Virus record (IMG/VR): IMGVR_UViG_3300025117_000038
Span: 32,001-96,000 of that record
Length of the DNA: 64,000 nt
From: a virus
Strand: one strand, 5' to 3'
Position 1 is the stretch's first letter, and every line of letters starts with the position of its first letter. The translations under genes and the position numbers were made by a program. Positions 39,801 to 48,239 of the stretch are shown here, one piece after another. The notes beneath the pieces are model-generated. The model was not told the DNA's origin. It ran no database searches and saw only the letters and a list, made by a program, of their open reading frames with translations.

Positions 39801-40266
39801 CAGTAGTTATCTCGATGAAACATCTTTATCAACTCCAGATACATTATTTGCGACATCATTAATTGTAAATACTCAATATTATTTCAGAGTTCTATTGTTT
39901 GATGGAGCAGTAACAGATACTTCGTCCTTGGGAAATATAACAACCCATGTTTACGACCAGACGATAACTATAATAGATACAACAAATTCGACTTTTAAAA
40001 TACAAGATGCTTATACTGGTATAGCCGATTCTCTCGTATTATATTATGACACAGATAGTTCTGTGTATAATGGAAGTACCAAAAAAGACATAACAACATT
40101 GGAGACACCGGATACACTAACGGCCACTGGTTTAATACAAAACACAAAATATTATTTAAGGGTAATGTTGTTTGTTGCTCCTATTGTAGACACATCGGCA
40201 ATAGATAGTGTTACCACTTTGGATATAGAATCAACAACAAGATATTTATTAAAACTTAAAAAATAG
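36793..40266 (+). CDS. secreted multidomain protein: signal peptide, beta-helix, SGNH-like domain, two FN3-like repeats
   Basis: MNRYIFIIIMVMVLSTTSHS leader; stacked TNCYF/ESCVV/TNCRV/RGCTL/EDCVI/RNNKI/ENNLI rungs; HTS..YHPN; 91-aa duplication at 39676 and 39949. Confidence 0.7.
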   Translation: MNRYIFIIIMVMVLSTTSHSYPTFTKFYERPDTTYITSLPYTISQSNRCYVVDGSLRSTSPGAAITISGAYNILLTGSDSVTIDTIYVGIGASNQAYDSTDGIRIMTNADGITIRYLAVVNDGCLGDTNSYADTAFATSAIDATSSDSLFMTNCYFESNGWSALMRHDPAYPLDSAKYLARFGIIAPTIDLNGCYNVVMESCVVDGNQMGMERRDYYEMSAISVEVTPLANFGIGDSSLYITNCRVFSRNVGISYGKWGSYSSLLSAKDCYFETDELNEIRPHFMHDSSNMYCGNANSFNIVMYGSASGYIRGCTLVCGDSLAGANGGIMAEGSPTDVGSLDSALIIEDCVIRLNHGYDTRYGTGINAKAIKFRQQNVDNLWIIMRNNKIYGYTSYTNDTGNPTGYGPIVTAVYADTRFTKGYFLFENNLIRVMTLDTNLFTVDAAYGEARWPRVSAYTFVGGSTWGGITFEFKNNRIETNGAYVIFGAYDATMSGLSEALQGDTIQLLTNSDTGEARDMWPALVAFWDENTANASYDNVVLDAYIVPPHDTLWHSVVFRSGIPQPMDVTFKKTFILTCIGPTGDSLENIQVYCIDAQGDTVIDALTNANGQVIDTVNTYYDQDNRSPLVDINYNPFIFKAIGSTSEVTINLDLDTNSNVSNINLNFSAYSIMYEHTSIYEYLMTDSYTPYTTGIKTRLDSLGNAHSTTLRMWDYRTNTASTYSWAGWRTARFDSTSSHQHGWMKPQPNNDCYNFSGNNMFIEHINTYFWNIGMSKDSIKGGFLLVDTVKDEVEDTLIDITDFDMLIFGFGPPIWCGENDGDDQMSAANIATKRTEAFKWRDSALNYPDIQFVYELPNPIMYGTTEGNRMSETEIENQFWFNTFWLDTLEDTANYPNFHTISLFDILVEKSQDSTKYGFIKTIYENNAYHPNAVAGDTAKEYMIDMWLPEIIFTEGETPSPTYDQTLTIIDTSETFFTVQDIYTGTVDSLKIFWDTDSDVFDGSSYLDETSLSTPDTLFATSLIVNTQYYFRVLLFDGAVTDTSSLGNITTHVYDQTITIIDTTNSTFKIQDAYTGIADSLVLYYDTDSSVYNGSTKKDITTLETPDTLTATGLIQNTKYYLRVMLFVAPIVDTSAIDSVTTLDIESTTRYLLKLKK

Positions 40267-40274
40267 GAGAAAAA

Positions 40275-42350
40275 ATGAAACGTCTATTTTTACTTTTAGC
40301 AACTTTAATTATGTTGCCAATTTTTTCGTATGCAACAGATTTTACATTGGGAGGGGGGACAGAGGACTGTAATTCTGTTACCATCAGCGCAATTGTACCA
40401 GATTCAAACTATAATGTTGATGTATATTTGAGAGTTAATGCTGCGGCCAATAACCCCGGTAGGGCAAGAGCCATTATTTATTGGCCGACATTAAATGATT
40501 CGCTTGGTGCTGGAATTATTGTATCATCATGTTCTTTATTTGTTGATTATCAAGGGGGAACAAATGATACATTGGAGTTTGGTATTTATGGTATTTTACA
40601 ATCTTGGGTGGAAACTGAAGCAACATGGAATAGCTATTCAACTGGGAATACATGGAACACTGCTGGTGCTGATGGAAGTGGAACAGATAGAACTGCAACC
40701 ATATATGATTTACATACTGGCTCACAAGATACAACATCAACCGGATGGTATGCCTTTGATATAACCGAATTAGCACAAACATGGGATAATGGTGCTGGTA
40801 TATACAATGGAACCATGATAGCTGTAAGAACTGGTATGGGGGGATATGATGCCTCAACATTCTGGGCAGATGAATGGTCAACAACAACAAGTAGACCAAA
40901 AATTAAAATTTCTTATTCGGCTGCAAATAATCATGTTCTTACGGTTGTAGACACAAACGATGTCTCTTTTACTGTAAGCGATAACTATACGGCAGGTGGA
41001 ACTCCCGATTCGATGATTCTTTTTTACGATTTGGATTCAAGTGTTTACGATGGTGATACAACCCTACATACCTCTGATATAACAGACCCAGAAGAATTAA
41101 CCGCCACTTCATTATCAGATAATATGTTATATTATTTCAGAACGGTATTTTATATATCCACATCTGCCGATACATCAGAACTTGGGAGTATTACAACATT
41201 AAACACCCCATCTCACGAGCTCTCTGTTGTGGATACAAATTTAACGACATTTTCAGTAAGGAATAATTATAATGCCAATGATGTAGACACACTTTGGCTA
41301 TTATGGGATACCGACGCCGACACCACAGGAAGCGATACCGCTTATATTACTACTGGGATTACGCAACCAGATACACTTCAAGCAACAGGATTAACCGCCG
41401 CTACTGAATATAATTACTGGTTTATGTTACATGACCAACTCGGTAGAAGTTTATCAACCATGGGAACCATTACAACATGGGCAGGTGATTCATATCCACC
41501 TGATTCCATGACCACTTTTACAATACTGTATTTATTAAGTCTTGGTTCAGATAGTTTAAGAGCTACATTGGGAACCGTTGACTCTGCTGATTATACGAGA
41601 TTAATTATTCAATACGGAACTACTATCCCAACTGATACAAACTCTGGAACAAGATGTGTTAACGCAGGGTCATGGGAAGATACAACTATTAACATAATAT
41701 TTGATGCCGATACTTCGACTTGGGCATATTTTTCTGTGTTTGTACTTGATGAACAGAATAATGTTTCCGACAAAACTGTGGATAGCGTTTATATTCCTGC
41801 ATATACTGGTGGAGGAAGTTGTGATGTAACAGAATTAACAGCAAAAGTAGATTCATTATTAGGGGCAACATTCAGAGTTGGTTATGAATATATGATGGCC
41901 TCTGACACCACTGGTTTATTTACTATTACGGAAGCAAGGCTTGATTCTATGTTAAATGCCAATTTTAGGGTTGGATATGCATACATGATGGCTTCCGATA
42001 CCGAGAATATTATTTCTAATCTTGTCAATTATGACCTGACAACATTTGTTGATTCATCTGCTTATATGTTCGGGAATGTAATGGTAATTGCAGGTGACAG
42101 TTCATTATGGGCAAGCACCGCCAACATGAGAGATAGTTTACAAGCAGAAGGGTCTTATTTGTATTATTTGGCATTAGCTCAAAGTGCTTTTCCAAGTGGA
42201 AAAAAAGTTTACTATCCGAATGACGGAACCGCTTATAAAGATAGTGTTGTCTATTTAGATAATCTTGATGTTGCTAAAATGGTTGTTAGGTTTTATCATA
42301 GCAATAATCAAAATGTTTTAGACACAAGTACCACAGTATTACCAGAATAG
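40275..42350 (+). CDS. secreted multidomain protein: signal peptide, DNRLRE/CBM96-like domain, FN3-like repeats
   Basis: MKRLFLLLATLIMLPIFSYA leader; SWVETEATWN, WNTAGA, WYAFDITELAQTW, RPKIKISY; 31-aa duplication FRVGY.YMMASDT at 41871 and 41964. Confidence 0.75.
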   Translation: MKRLFLLLATLIMLPIFSYATDFTLGGGTEDCNSVTISAIVPDSNYNVDVYLRVNAAANNPGRARAIIYWPTLNDSLGAGIIVSSCSLFVDYQGGTNDTLEFGIYGILQSWVETEATWNSYSTGNTWNTAGADGSGTDRTATIYDLHTGSQDTTSTGWYAFDITELAQTWDNGAGIYNGTMIAVRTGMGGYDASTFWADEWSTTTSRPKIKISYSAANNHVLTVVDTNDVSFTVSDNYTAGGTPDSMILFYDLDSSVYDGDTTLHTSDITDPEELTATSLSDNMLYYFRTVFYISTSADTSELGSITTLNTPSHELSVVDTNLTTFSVRNNYNANDVDTLWLLWDTDADTTGSDTAYITTGITQPDTLQATGLTAATEYNYWFMLHDQLGRSLSTMGTITTWAGDSYPPDSMTTFTILYLLSLGSDSLRATLGTVDSADYTRLIIQYGTTIPTDTNSGTRCVNAGSWEDTTINIIFDADTSTWAYFSVFVLDEQNNVSDKTVDSVYIPAYTGGGSCDVTELTAKVDSLLGATFRVGYEYMMASDTTGLFTITEARLDSMLNANFRVGYAYMMASDTENIISNLVNYDLTTFVDSSAYMFGNVMVIAGDSSLWASTANMRDSLQAEGSYLYYLALAQSAFPSGKKVYYPNDGTAYKDSVVYLDNLDVAKMVVRFYHSNNQNVLDTSTTVLPE

Positions 42351-42359
42351 TAGGTTAAA

Positions 42360-43142
42360 ATGGGTATTGATGATTTTTCTCCAACTCCAGGTTGGGATTG
42401 GGATTTCCATCCAGTTTTTATGGATGGAACTCTCGATAGTGAAAATAAAAATATAATATTTATCGTTAGTGATTACACTAAAGATGATTCAAATCCATCA
42501 AGAAATATAATATTTAATGTCAAAGAAAATTCCAATGACAACAAAAATATTATATTTGTCGGTAAAGATGTATATAATTACGACAGAAATATTATATTCG
42601 AATCAGCTTACCTTTACAATATATCAAGAAACATAACATTTATAACAAAAGATTATAATAATACAAACAGAACAATAATATTCAATTCTGGTGAAATTGA
42701 TAATACCTCAAGAAACCTAATATTCCATGGAAGTGATATTTCTAATGTTGACAGAACAACTGTATTCACTGTTAAGGATACCGAGAATATAAGTAGAGAT
42801 ATTATATTTGTTTCTTGGATTTTTGAGAATGTATTAAGTAATGTAATTTTTCATACTAAAGACATTTCAAATGAAACAAAAAATATAATATTTACGGGAA
42901 CATATCCCCACATAGAAGTCGATGTTATTTTTAAGACCAAATCAACTGATTCAGGCACAAGCAATATTATATTAATAACGCAAGACTTACATTATACAGC
43001 TCGTTCTATTATTATGAACACAGTGGAGGGAGATAGTGCGACAAGAAATATTATATTTCGTGGAAGAGAATTTTTGGCCGGAGGTGGTATTATTGTGGTT
43101 CCAAGGCATAAGAATATGAGAAGAAAAAGAAAAGTACTATAA
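42360..43142 (+). CDS. short fibre-like protein of the same 14-aa repeat
   Basis: About 15 RNIIFxxKD units, then GGG and a basic tail. Confidence 0.7.
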   Translation: MGIDDFSPTPGWDWDFHPVFMDGTLDSENKNIIFIVSDYTKDDSNPSRNIIFNVKENSNDNKNIIFVGKDVYNYDRNIIFESAYLYNISRNITFITKDYNNTNRTIIFNSGEIDNTSRNLIFHGSDISNVDRTTVFTVKDTENISRDIIFVSWIFENVLSNVIFHTKDISNETKNIIFTGTYPHIEVDVIFKTKSTDSGTSNIILITQDLHYTARSIIMNTVEGDSATRNIIFRGREFLAGGGIIVVPRHKNMRRKRKVL

Positions 43143-43188
43143 ACGGTTGTTATTCAAGATGTTATGTTGATAATTTTGTTATTAAATG

Positions 43189-43227
43189 TTTTTTAGGCTA
43201 AAAACCCTAAAAAATATGTATATAGAG
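43189..43227 (+). promoter_or_regulatory. intergenic inverted repeat plus candidate late promoter motif
   Basis: TTTTTTAGG..CCTAAAAAA followed by TGTATATAGAG, then AGGAGG SD. Confidence 0.35.
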
Positions 43228-43238
43228 TAGGAGGTAAT

Positions 43239-44045
43239 GTGAATTATAATAATGATGGACTGCAAGTTATATTATTAGACAAAGCGGAAACAATTTATAG
43301 GGAATTCCGCGATGCCGACAATCAAAAAACTGACCCGGTTTCTCCTATAGTCAGAGTATACGACCCTTCTGGCGTAAGGGTTGTTTCGGCGGCTCCGACT
43401 AAAGAAACAACTGGTGTCTATTACTACACCATGTCTCTTGCCTCTTCTTATGCAGAGGGAATTTATCAGGCATATTGGGAAGGGACAATTAATGGTCAGT
43501 TCGTTACCATGGATGTTCCCCAATATCTGGCCGTTCAAAAAGTTCCATGGCAGATGGGGTTGTCTTCAGAACTTGTTAATTCTGTAAGAAGGATGATAGG
43601 GGATACCAATCCGAACAATTATAGGATATCAACCCAAGATATTTATTTTTATATAGCTGATGCTGTCGATGCCGTTCAGATGGAGTATAACATGGGATAT
43701 ACGGCAACCGTAACACCAACCTCTCTTTCTATAGTAAAATCTGACGGAACTGCGCCAACGGCTTTAGCGAAATCATTATTTAAGATAAAGTGTGCCGAGA
43801 TTATCTTAACCGGAGTTTTATTTGATGTTTTATTCGATGGAGCTAATATTAACGTAGCTGATATTAGAATCAATATGAGAGATACCATATCAGGAAGAAA
43901 GTCTTTAAGGGATTCTCTCAGAAGTGAATTTAGTGCCATGTTAAAACAAATAAAAATGAATGCTTATTCAGGTGGTTCAATCGTAGACAATTATGGATAT
44001 AATAAATATGGAGCATCATATGTTACCCCCGGAGACACTCCATGA
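43239..44045 (+). CDS. head-tail adaptor with N-terminal Ig-like domain
   Basis: VYDPSG..TGVYYY..GIYQAYW Ig-like domain followed by VRRMIGD adaptor helix motif. Confidence 0.7.
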   Translation: MNYNNDGLQVILLDKAETIYREFRDADNQKTDPVSPIVRVYDPSGVRVVSAAPTKETTGVYYYTMSLASSYAEGIYQAYWEGTINGQFVTMDVPQYLAVQKVPWQMGLSSELVNSVRRMIGDTNPNNYRISTQDIYFYIADAVDAVQMEYNMGYTATVTPTSLSIVKSDGTAPTALAKSLFKIKCAEIILTGVLFDVLFDGANINVADIRINMRDTISGRKSLRDSLRSEFSAMLKQIKMNAYSGGSIVDNYGYNKYGASYVTPGDTP

Positions 44046-44521
44046 GTAAAGATTCCATAGAAAGAACTTTCATAAGACAGGTCACTGGATTAATTGATGA
44101 ATACGGTAAACCGATAGAAATACAATTTCACAGTTCATATAATTGTTCTTATTGTACGGTTAATCCGATTACTCATGAAAGTTTAAATCCTTATTGTACA
44201 ACCTGTAATGGAACCGGAAAATATACTGTTTCAACATCCTATTATATAAACGGAATTGTAAACAATTTTATAGGTAATCCTAATTTTATTTTATATGGCA
44301 ATGAAACTTATAACCTAATTCCAGAAGGTAGAGCAAGAGTTACCTGTTGGTTAAATGATGTTTTAGTTGATGACCATTCTACCGGGGGAAAGACGTATCT
44401 CGATAGTGCCGATGCTGTTGTTATTTATAATAACACTTATACTGTAAAAAATTATCAAAGAACAGGAATAAACAAGGCAAGAGTTGCTGTAATTAATCTT
44501 GAATTAAAGGAAGGGGATTAG
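44042..44521 (+). CDS. head closure protein with Zn-binding insert
   Basis: CSYC..YCTTCNGTG; position after the adaptor. Confidence 0.55.
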   Translation: MSKDSIERTFIRQVTGLIDEYGKPIEIQFHSSYNCSYCTVNPITHESLNPYCTTCNGTGKYTVSTSYYINGIVNNFIGNPNFILYGNETYNLIPEGRARVTCWLNDVLVDDHSTGGKTYLDSADAVVIYNNTYTVKNYQRTGINKARVAVINLELKEGD

Positions 44522-44522
44522 A

Positions 44523-44726
44523 ATGAATGGAGAAATGGAAAATGTTGTTTTCCAGAGTATGGAAAATATGAAGAATATAGCGTTAAAAAATATATTAAAT
44601 ATGGTTGACGTTATTTTAGACCCAGAGGAAAGATTCAGCAGGAGAAGAGAAAAACTTCGCAAAACAATAATGGATGAGATTAACAATCTCTACCGTTACT
44701 TTTTGGGGGAGCAAAGTGAGCGTTAA
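44523..44726 (+). CDS. small helical hypothetical protein
   Basis: SD; LRKTIMDEINNL. Confidence 0.6.
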   Translation: MNGEMENVVFQSMENMKNIALKNILNMVDVILDPEERFSRRREKLRKTIMDEINNLYRYFLGEQSER

Positions 44727-45303
44727 AATAACCAGTGGTGGGAGACACGCAAAAGTTCAAGTTGAACTTGGTAAGTTGGGTAAGTTTGCCGAAATTATAA
44801 AAGAAAAGTTTAATTCCAGAGACAGCAATGCCATGGGAGGGTTTCTTGATACATTCGGGAAGAAGATTGTTAGTGCTGTTGTTGAAAGATATGTCATGAC
44901 AGCCAGCACTTCTGAAGATATGATGAAAAGAAGAATGAAATTGTATGGCTCTATAAATCCTTTAGATGGATTACTTGGAAGACAGATAAACTATTCCGAA
45001 TATTCAAAAATTGACAATGGATGGGAATTAATTATAGGCAATCCGACTTTATATCCACTTGGTCAGGGGGCTCCTTTTTATTCTATTTTCCAAGAGGGTG
45101 GAACCAAAGGGTCACCTATGACCCCATATGTTTTGGGGCAAAAAATAGATAAGGCAACGGGAACGATTGTCAATATTATGCATCCAGGATTACCAAACAG
45201 GGAATTTTTATTAACTGGATTTATTTTTGGATTACAAAATGTTGGGAATGATATTAGTGCTGAGATAAAAAGATGGATTAATGAGGCGAGTAACATAAAA
45301 TGA
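44716..45303 (+). CDS. neck protein (HK97 gp10-like position)
   Basis: FQEGGT and HPGLPNREFL motifs; GTG start with GGGGGAG SD. Confidence 0.5.
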   Translation: MSVKITSGGRHAKVQVELGKLGKFAEIIKEKFNSRDSNAMGGFLDTFGKKIVSAVVERYVMTASTSEDMMKRRMKLYGSINPLDGLLGRQINYSEYSKIDNGWELIIGNPTLYPLGQGAPFYSIFQEGGTKGSPMTPYVLGQKIDKATGTIVNIMHPGLPNREFLLTGFIFGLQNVGNDISAEIKRWINEASNIK

Positions 45304-45791
45304 AAATAACCAATAGTGCAAAAATGTCTATTATATATTACATCATGGAACTTATGGAAGACTTCGGATTTGTACATGGGAGATATACCGTTATTGACTC
45401 CTATCCGAACATTCAAACCGATTCTCCTGTATTCCCTTTAATAACAGTCGGGAGTCCGTACAGGTCTTCTGTCCCTGTTCAATTAAGTTCAAGACCATGT
45501 ATAGAGATAAGGGTTGCAATAGATGTTTTTGCTAATAGCGAAGCACAGAAAAGTGATATAGTTGATTTGTTACAAGAAAATATTGTTGATAAATATTTGA
45601 CTGTATACAATTTTAGTACTGGATTCCCTTCTGCGGTTGGTGTTTATACCGGAATATCGAATTATGGTAAGATGCTTGTTAAGGGATTTTCGTCTGTTGA
45701 TATGCCATCATCTAAATTTGAAAAAATAGAACAAGAAAAATATCACGAAATGATAATAATAACAATACAATTACCAATAAATAGCCTTTGA
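45300..45791 (+). CDS. tail terminator / completion protein
   Basis: FPLITV, IDVFA motifs; directly before the tail tube gene. Confidence 0.6.
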   Translation: MKITNSAKMSIIYYIMELMEDFGFVHGRYTVIDSYPNIQTDSPVFPLITVGSPYRSSVPVQLSSRPCIEIRVAIDVFANSEAQKSDIVDLLQENIVDKYLTVYNFSTGFPSAVGVYTGISNYGKMLVKGFSSVDMPSSKFEKIEQEKYHEMIIITIQLPINSL

Positions 45792-45805
45792 AAGGAGGAA
45801 TTGGA

Positions 45806-47206
45806 ATGACCGAAAATATCAAATACACAAGGGTTGCACTTACCATTGATGGTGTTCAAGCCCATCGTGTACAAAACCTAGGAAGCTCTGGAGATATTCC
45901 CACCGAAAAACTAAAGGAATTAACTAATAGAGGTTCTACAGAAATTAGAACAAGTCTTCCTGCAATCAATGTTACTATAGATACCAACGATATCGGTTCT
46001 ACCGACACACTGGCGTTAGTTTCCGATAAGATGATAGATAAAACATTGGCTACGGAGACAAATGGCCCAAGGGGTGGGTTTTTCAGAAATTATATTAAAA
46101 ATGCTTCATCTAATGCTACCGAGAGAACAATTACCGCAGATGATTTGCTTGATTGCTATTGTGATTTTATGATTCCTATTACTGAAGACGGAACCAACAT
46201 CACAAGGGCGGCTTGGATTCATCGTGCCTCGATTAGTGGTTTATCGTGGAGTTATGATGTTAATGGATACGCATCCGAAAACTATTCGTTCACTGCCGAT
46301 AACAAAAGGTGGTTCTTGAATGACTGGAAAGTTGCCAGAGTTTATAAACCCCACAATGTGGCTCAGAAGCATTCCGGTGATGCTACTACCCAAACTTGGA
46401 ATAATATGGCATCGGCAGTTCCTGATGGTTCAAAAATTCTTTATTATTGTAAGAACGAACATATTTATAGAAACTCAAAAGCTGGATACGGAAGTGGAAC
46501 AGTTGAAATTTCCACCGCAGGAACATACAATGGTGTTGTTCATGCTGGTCAGATATGGGTTTCAACAAGTGGTGTTACACTAAACACCGCAGCTTCAACT
46601 GACGATGTTTACTTCGTATATGTTTGTACTGCCGCCGCAGCTTCGGCATGGGCAGAGGGAACAAAAGGCACAAAGGGTGTCGGTTACGATATCGTTTCTA
46701 CATCTGGTTCTTTCGGTGGTATTACAAGAGAATACTTAGCAGCCTACTTATATAACACAGGTGGTCCTATCGGTGATACGGCTCTTCCATCAGAACCTAC
46801 CTTACGTTTACAATCTGTTAATATCGATTATTCTGCTACCGATGAAGAGTTGGTTCAGTTATCATACAAACGTAGATATGGTTATAGTAGGATTGACCCC
46901 GTTTTTACAATTACTGTTTCTGCTAATGATTCAGATTTAGATATGTTCGCAAGAGCTTGTGCTACTTCTGATGCTTCAGCCAAGACCATTAGTATGGATG
47001 ATTTCACAAGAACCAATAAATTGGTTGTTAAAACCTATAAAGATGAAAACAGAACACAACTTGTCAGAACCATGACAATTTCTGATTTAGCGGTGTCGAG
47101 TGAGAATTGGAATGTTAGTGTTGGAGGTAACGCATCACAAGAATTTACATTCACTGCCGATAACATTTCTGTTGTTGGTAATGACGTAAGTTTAACTGGA
47201 TATTAA
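45806..47206 (+). CDS. major tail tube protein
   Basis: Strong AAAGGAGG SD; repeated RVQ/RLQS..E..EL tube motifs; followed by hairpin, chaperone and tape measure. Confidence 0.75.
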   Translation: MTENIKYTRVALTIDGVQAHRVQNLGSSGDIPTEKLKELTNRGSTEIRTSLPAINVTIDTNDIGSTDTLALVSDKMIDKTLATETNGPRGGFFRNYIKNASSNATERTITADDLLDCYCDFMIPITEDGTNITRAAWIHRASISGLSWSYDVNGYASENYSFTADNKRWFLNDWKVARVYKPHNVAQKHSGDATTQTWNNMASAVPDGSKILYYCKNEHIYRNSKAGYGSGTVEISTAGTYNGVVHAGQIWVSTSGVTLNTAASTDDVYFVYVCTAAAASAWAEGTKGTKGVGYDIVSTSGSFGGITREYLAAYLYNTGGPIGDTALPSEPTLRLQSVNIDYSATDEELVQLSYKRRYGYSRIDPVFTITVSANDSDLDMFARACATSDASAKTISMDDFTRTNKLVVKTYKDENRTQLVRTMTISDLAVSSENWNVSVGGNASQEFTFTADNISVVGNDVSLTGY

Positions 47207-47211
47207 AAATA

Positions 47212-47233
47212 GGGGGGAATAACCCCCCATTAT
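47212..47233 (+). terminator. G/C hairpin after the tail tube gene
   Basis: GGGGGG-AATAA-CCCCCC-ATTAT. Confidence 0.6.
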
Positions 47234-47247
47234 AACGGAGGAAAGTA

Positions 47248-47979
47248 ATGGACGGGAAAAACGATAATTCCGGTATTATGGCAAAGGTAGAACAGGAATT
47301 GCTTCAAAAATTCAGAATTATTCATTTATCAAAATTCAAAGATAAAGAAAATTTTGATGTTTATATTCATCTACCTAATGTTGAAGAACAAACATTAATA
47401 TCTGATTATTATTCACAAATCTTCAATAATCTTTTAATTGACCCCAATAATAAATTACTTACAGAAAAAAGAATGGTAGAAGTTCTTAAAGAAAAGGGGA
47501 TATGGACTAAGAGAGATGACGAAGAAATGGAGAGCCTAAGAAAGCAACTTACCAATCTTGAGATTGATATTCTGGAATACAAAAGACATAATAATAACAA
47601 AGAAGTTATTGAAAAATTTGAAGAAGATTATAATAATCTTAGAAATAAAGTCATAGACAAGGCTATGCAAAAAGAGGGGTTTTTATCACATACTATTGAT
47701 AAAAAAGCTGAATCTAAATCAAGAATGTATCAAATAGTCCTATGTGTTAAAGACTCCGATGGAAATCAATTATGGAAAACGATAGATGAACTTGGGAAAG
47801 AAAATAGTACCGCAGGTGTCGCAGAGATAATCGCTGAAAGTCAATTGTTTTACAGTGGCTTAAGCAAGGAGGTACTACAGTGGCTCCCGAAGCGATTATT
47901 CGAACAGGATGATACTTCGGGAGCGATACCCTTGGAAGAATTGCAAGAAAACCAAGATGGCAAAGAGCCTACAGTATAA
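47248..47979 (+). CDS. tail assembly chaperone (G-like)
   Basis: Between tail tube and tape measure; helical. Confidence 0.7.
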   Translation: MDGKNDNSGIMAKVEQELLQKFRIIHLSKFKDKENFDVYIHLPNVEEQTLISDYYSQIFNNLLIDPNNKLLTEKRMVEVLKEKGIWTKRDDEEMESLRKQLTNLEIDILEYKRHNNNKEVIEKFEEDYNNLRNKVIDKAMQKEGFLSHTIDKKAESKSRMYQIVLCVKDSDGNQLWKTIDELGKENSTAGVAEIIAESQLFYSGLSKEVLQWLPKRLFEQDDTSGAIPLEELQENQDGKEPTV

Positions 47980-48239
47980 GTGAGGCTCTCCACTCTCCGA
48001 TGTTTCCGGGGGCTGTTTCTCAATGGAGTGAGGAACAAATAATCTTTGTCCATCTTTGTGGGTATTACCACAATATAATGAATGAAGACAAGAAACCCGA
48101 TGATTATACATTTGCTCATGATGTTTTGTTAGAAAGATGGGTTGATAATAAAAAGAAACAGGAAAAGAGCAAAAAAGGGAACGGAAGACAGGGAAGACAT
48201 AGTGCTTCCAATCACGCTGAAATTATAGAATTTGGGTAA
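47913..48239 (+). CDS. tail assembly chaperone downstream frame (T-like), -1 frame relative to G
   Basis: Frame open from 47913: YFGSDTLGRIARKPRWQRAY...SQWSEEQ..YHNI..PDD..D.LLERW; first ATG only at 48000. Confidence 0.65.
   Translation, partial: YFGSDTLGRIARKPRWQRAYSISEALHSPMFPGAVSQWSEEQIIFVHLCGYYHNIMNEDKKPDDYTFAHDVLLERWVDNKKKQEKSKKGNGRQGRHSASNHAEIIEFG

Noticed and set aside
40150-40266. Type IX secretion C-terminal domain on the 1157-aa protein
   Set aside because: Only a short basic strand (RYLLKLKK) follows the last repeat; the roughly 70-aa domain with YPNP and GxY motifs is absent
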